Part shown: piece after piece, positions 15,035 to 16,057 of the stretch
How positions within the stretch are numbered: position 1 is the first letter of the stretch
How the letters are laid out: each line of letters starts with the position of its first letter
Program-made: the position numbers and the translations under genes
Source of the DNA: a bacterium
GTDB lineage: Bacteria > Zhuqueibacterota > Zhuqueibacteria > Oceanimicrobiales > Oceanimicrobiaceae
DNA length: 16,057 nt
NCBI GenBank assembly: GCA_046757525.1
Contig: JBHHYI010000093.1
Span: 1-16,057 of the forward strand
Reading direction: 5' to 3'
Notes under the pieces: model-generated
What the model saw: only the letters and a program-made list of their open reading frames with translations
What the model was told of the DNA's origin: nothing
Database searches by the model: none

Positions 15035-16057
15035 AAACTTTCTCCGTTTCTACTGGTCAGGATCACCATATTCTCACGGTGAATCACTTCGTCGTAATCT
15101 TTGGCGCCGAGTATGGCCGCGATCTCGGAAGTCCGGTGCCCTTTAATTTTCCGAATACGTTCGCTCGAGTAATCGACCAGGCCGCGGGCGATGAGTTTTC
15201 CCCGCAGCGACTTGACGTTGACCAGGGCGCCTTTGCTGAAATTGCCTTCAACGCTGCGAATTCCAATGGGTAGCAGGCTGTTGTTATTTTTTTCCAGCGC
15301 CGTTTGAGCCCCCTCGTCAATGACCAGGGTGCCTTTTGTTTTGTGAAAAAACGCGATCCAACGTTTGCGACTGCCAATGGTCGGACGCTCCCTGTCGCTG
15401 GCATGGCCAATCAGAGTACCCGTGTCCTCTCCTGCCAGGATGCGTTCGATCACGCGCGTTTTGCGCCCGTCGGCAATCACCACCCTGGCACCCACTGTCA
15501 CAGCCGTTTGTGCGGATTGCAGCTTAGAAGCCATGCCACCCAGGGAAAATTCGCTGCTCTTGCCGGCCGCCAGAGCCAGAGTCTCCCTGGTCACGGACTC
15601 GAGGTAAGGCACACGACGCGTTTTCGTGGCTCGATAAGGGGCGCGCAAGCCATCGGTGGTGGTCAAAAGAAGCAAGAGGTCCGCTTCGATCAAGATGGCC
15701 ACCAGGGCCGCTAAAATATCGTTGTCCCCAAACTTGATTTCGTCCACCGACACCACGTCGTTCTCGTTCACGATGGGGATGACACCCTGGCGCAGGAGCT
15801 GCATCATGGTGTTGCGGGCATTGAGATGTCGGGTCCGATTCGTGAGGTCGTCGTGGGTCAGCAAAACTTGCCCTATGCTGCACGGTTCAGTGGAGAACAG
15901 CCGGTCATAAGCCGACATCAGCCGAACCTGTCCAACCGCGGCTGCCATTTGCAATTGCGGCAGATTGTTGGGTCGGTTCTTGAGTCCTAAAGCTTCAACC
16001 CCTGCTGCTATCGCTCCAGAGGAAACCAAGACGACCTCTTTGCCGGCACGCCGAAGC
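15031..16057 (-). CDS. proB: Glutamate 5-kinase with PUA domain (5'-truncated by window edge)
   Basis: The frame is open to the edge (LRRAGKEVVLVSSGAIAAG). Motifs QMAAAVGQ, PIVNENDVV...FGDNDILAA, GGMASKL, and a C-terminal PUA domain (RKRWIAF...SLLPIGI...VIHRENMV). Confidence 0.98.
   Translation of the reverse strand, partial: LRRAGKEVVLVSSGAIAAGVEALGLKNRPNNLPQLQMAAAVGQVRLMSAYDRLFSTEPCSIGQVLLTHDDLTNRTRHLNARNTMMQLLRQGVIPIVNENDVVSVDEIKFGDNDILAALVAILIEADLLLLLTTTDGLRAPYRATKTRRVPYLESVTRETLALAAGKSSEFSLGGMASKLQSAQTAVTVGARVVIADGRKTRVIERILAGEDTGTLIGHASDRERPTIGSRKRWIAFFHKTKGTLVIDEGAQTALEKNNNSLLPIGIRSVEGNFSKGALVNVKSLRGKLIARGLVDYSSERIRKIKGHRTSEIAAILGAKDYDEVIHRENMVILTSRNGESL

Overview
A 16 kb bacterial chromosomal segment made mostly of housekeeping genes. 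In order: 3' end of pstB and phoU; tag (-); an EamA transporter-RNase Z-HAD hydrolase run followed by a YgfZ/GcvT-family gene (+); a MEMO1/AmmeMemoRadiSam-B protein (+); a PaaG-like crotonase (-); a PfkB kinase (-); a macrodomain protein (+); a TIM-barrel isomerase (-); and proBA (-, proB cut by the window edge). The unusual content is in the intergenic and AT-rich patches. (1) 6291-7595 holds three degenerate attC-like palindromes with no integrase in the window (CALIN-like). One is about 270 bp long. They bound an apparently empty cassette and a cassette carrying a VapBC-type pair whose PIN toxin has lost its N-terminus. (2) A decayed GxxExxY gene (7622-7934) is interrupted by a 27-nt hairpin mini-insertion and an inverted partial copy of it, and is followed by ATCCTGT repeats. 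(3) A second TA module (11776-12047) appears to keep only the last 17 codons of its toxin. (4) A MITE/REP-like element with 12-bp perfect terminal inverted repeats lies at 10442-10594. (5) A structured non-coding candidate lies at 2121-2238. All family calls come from motif recognition by eye; no searches were run.
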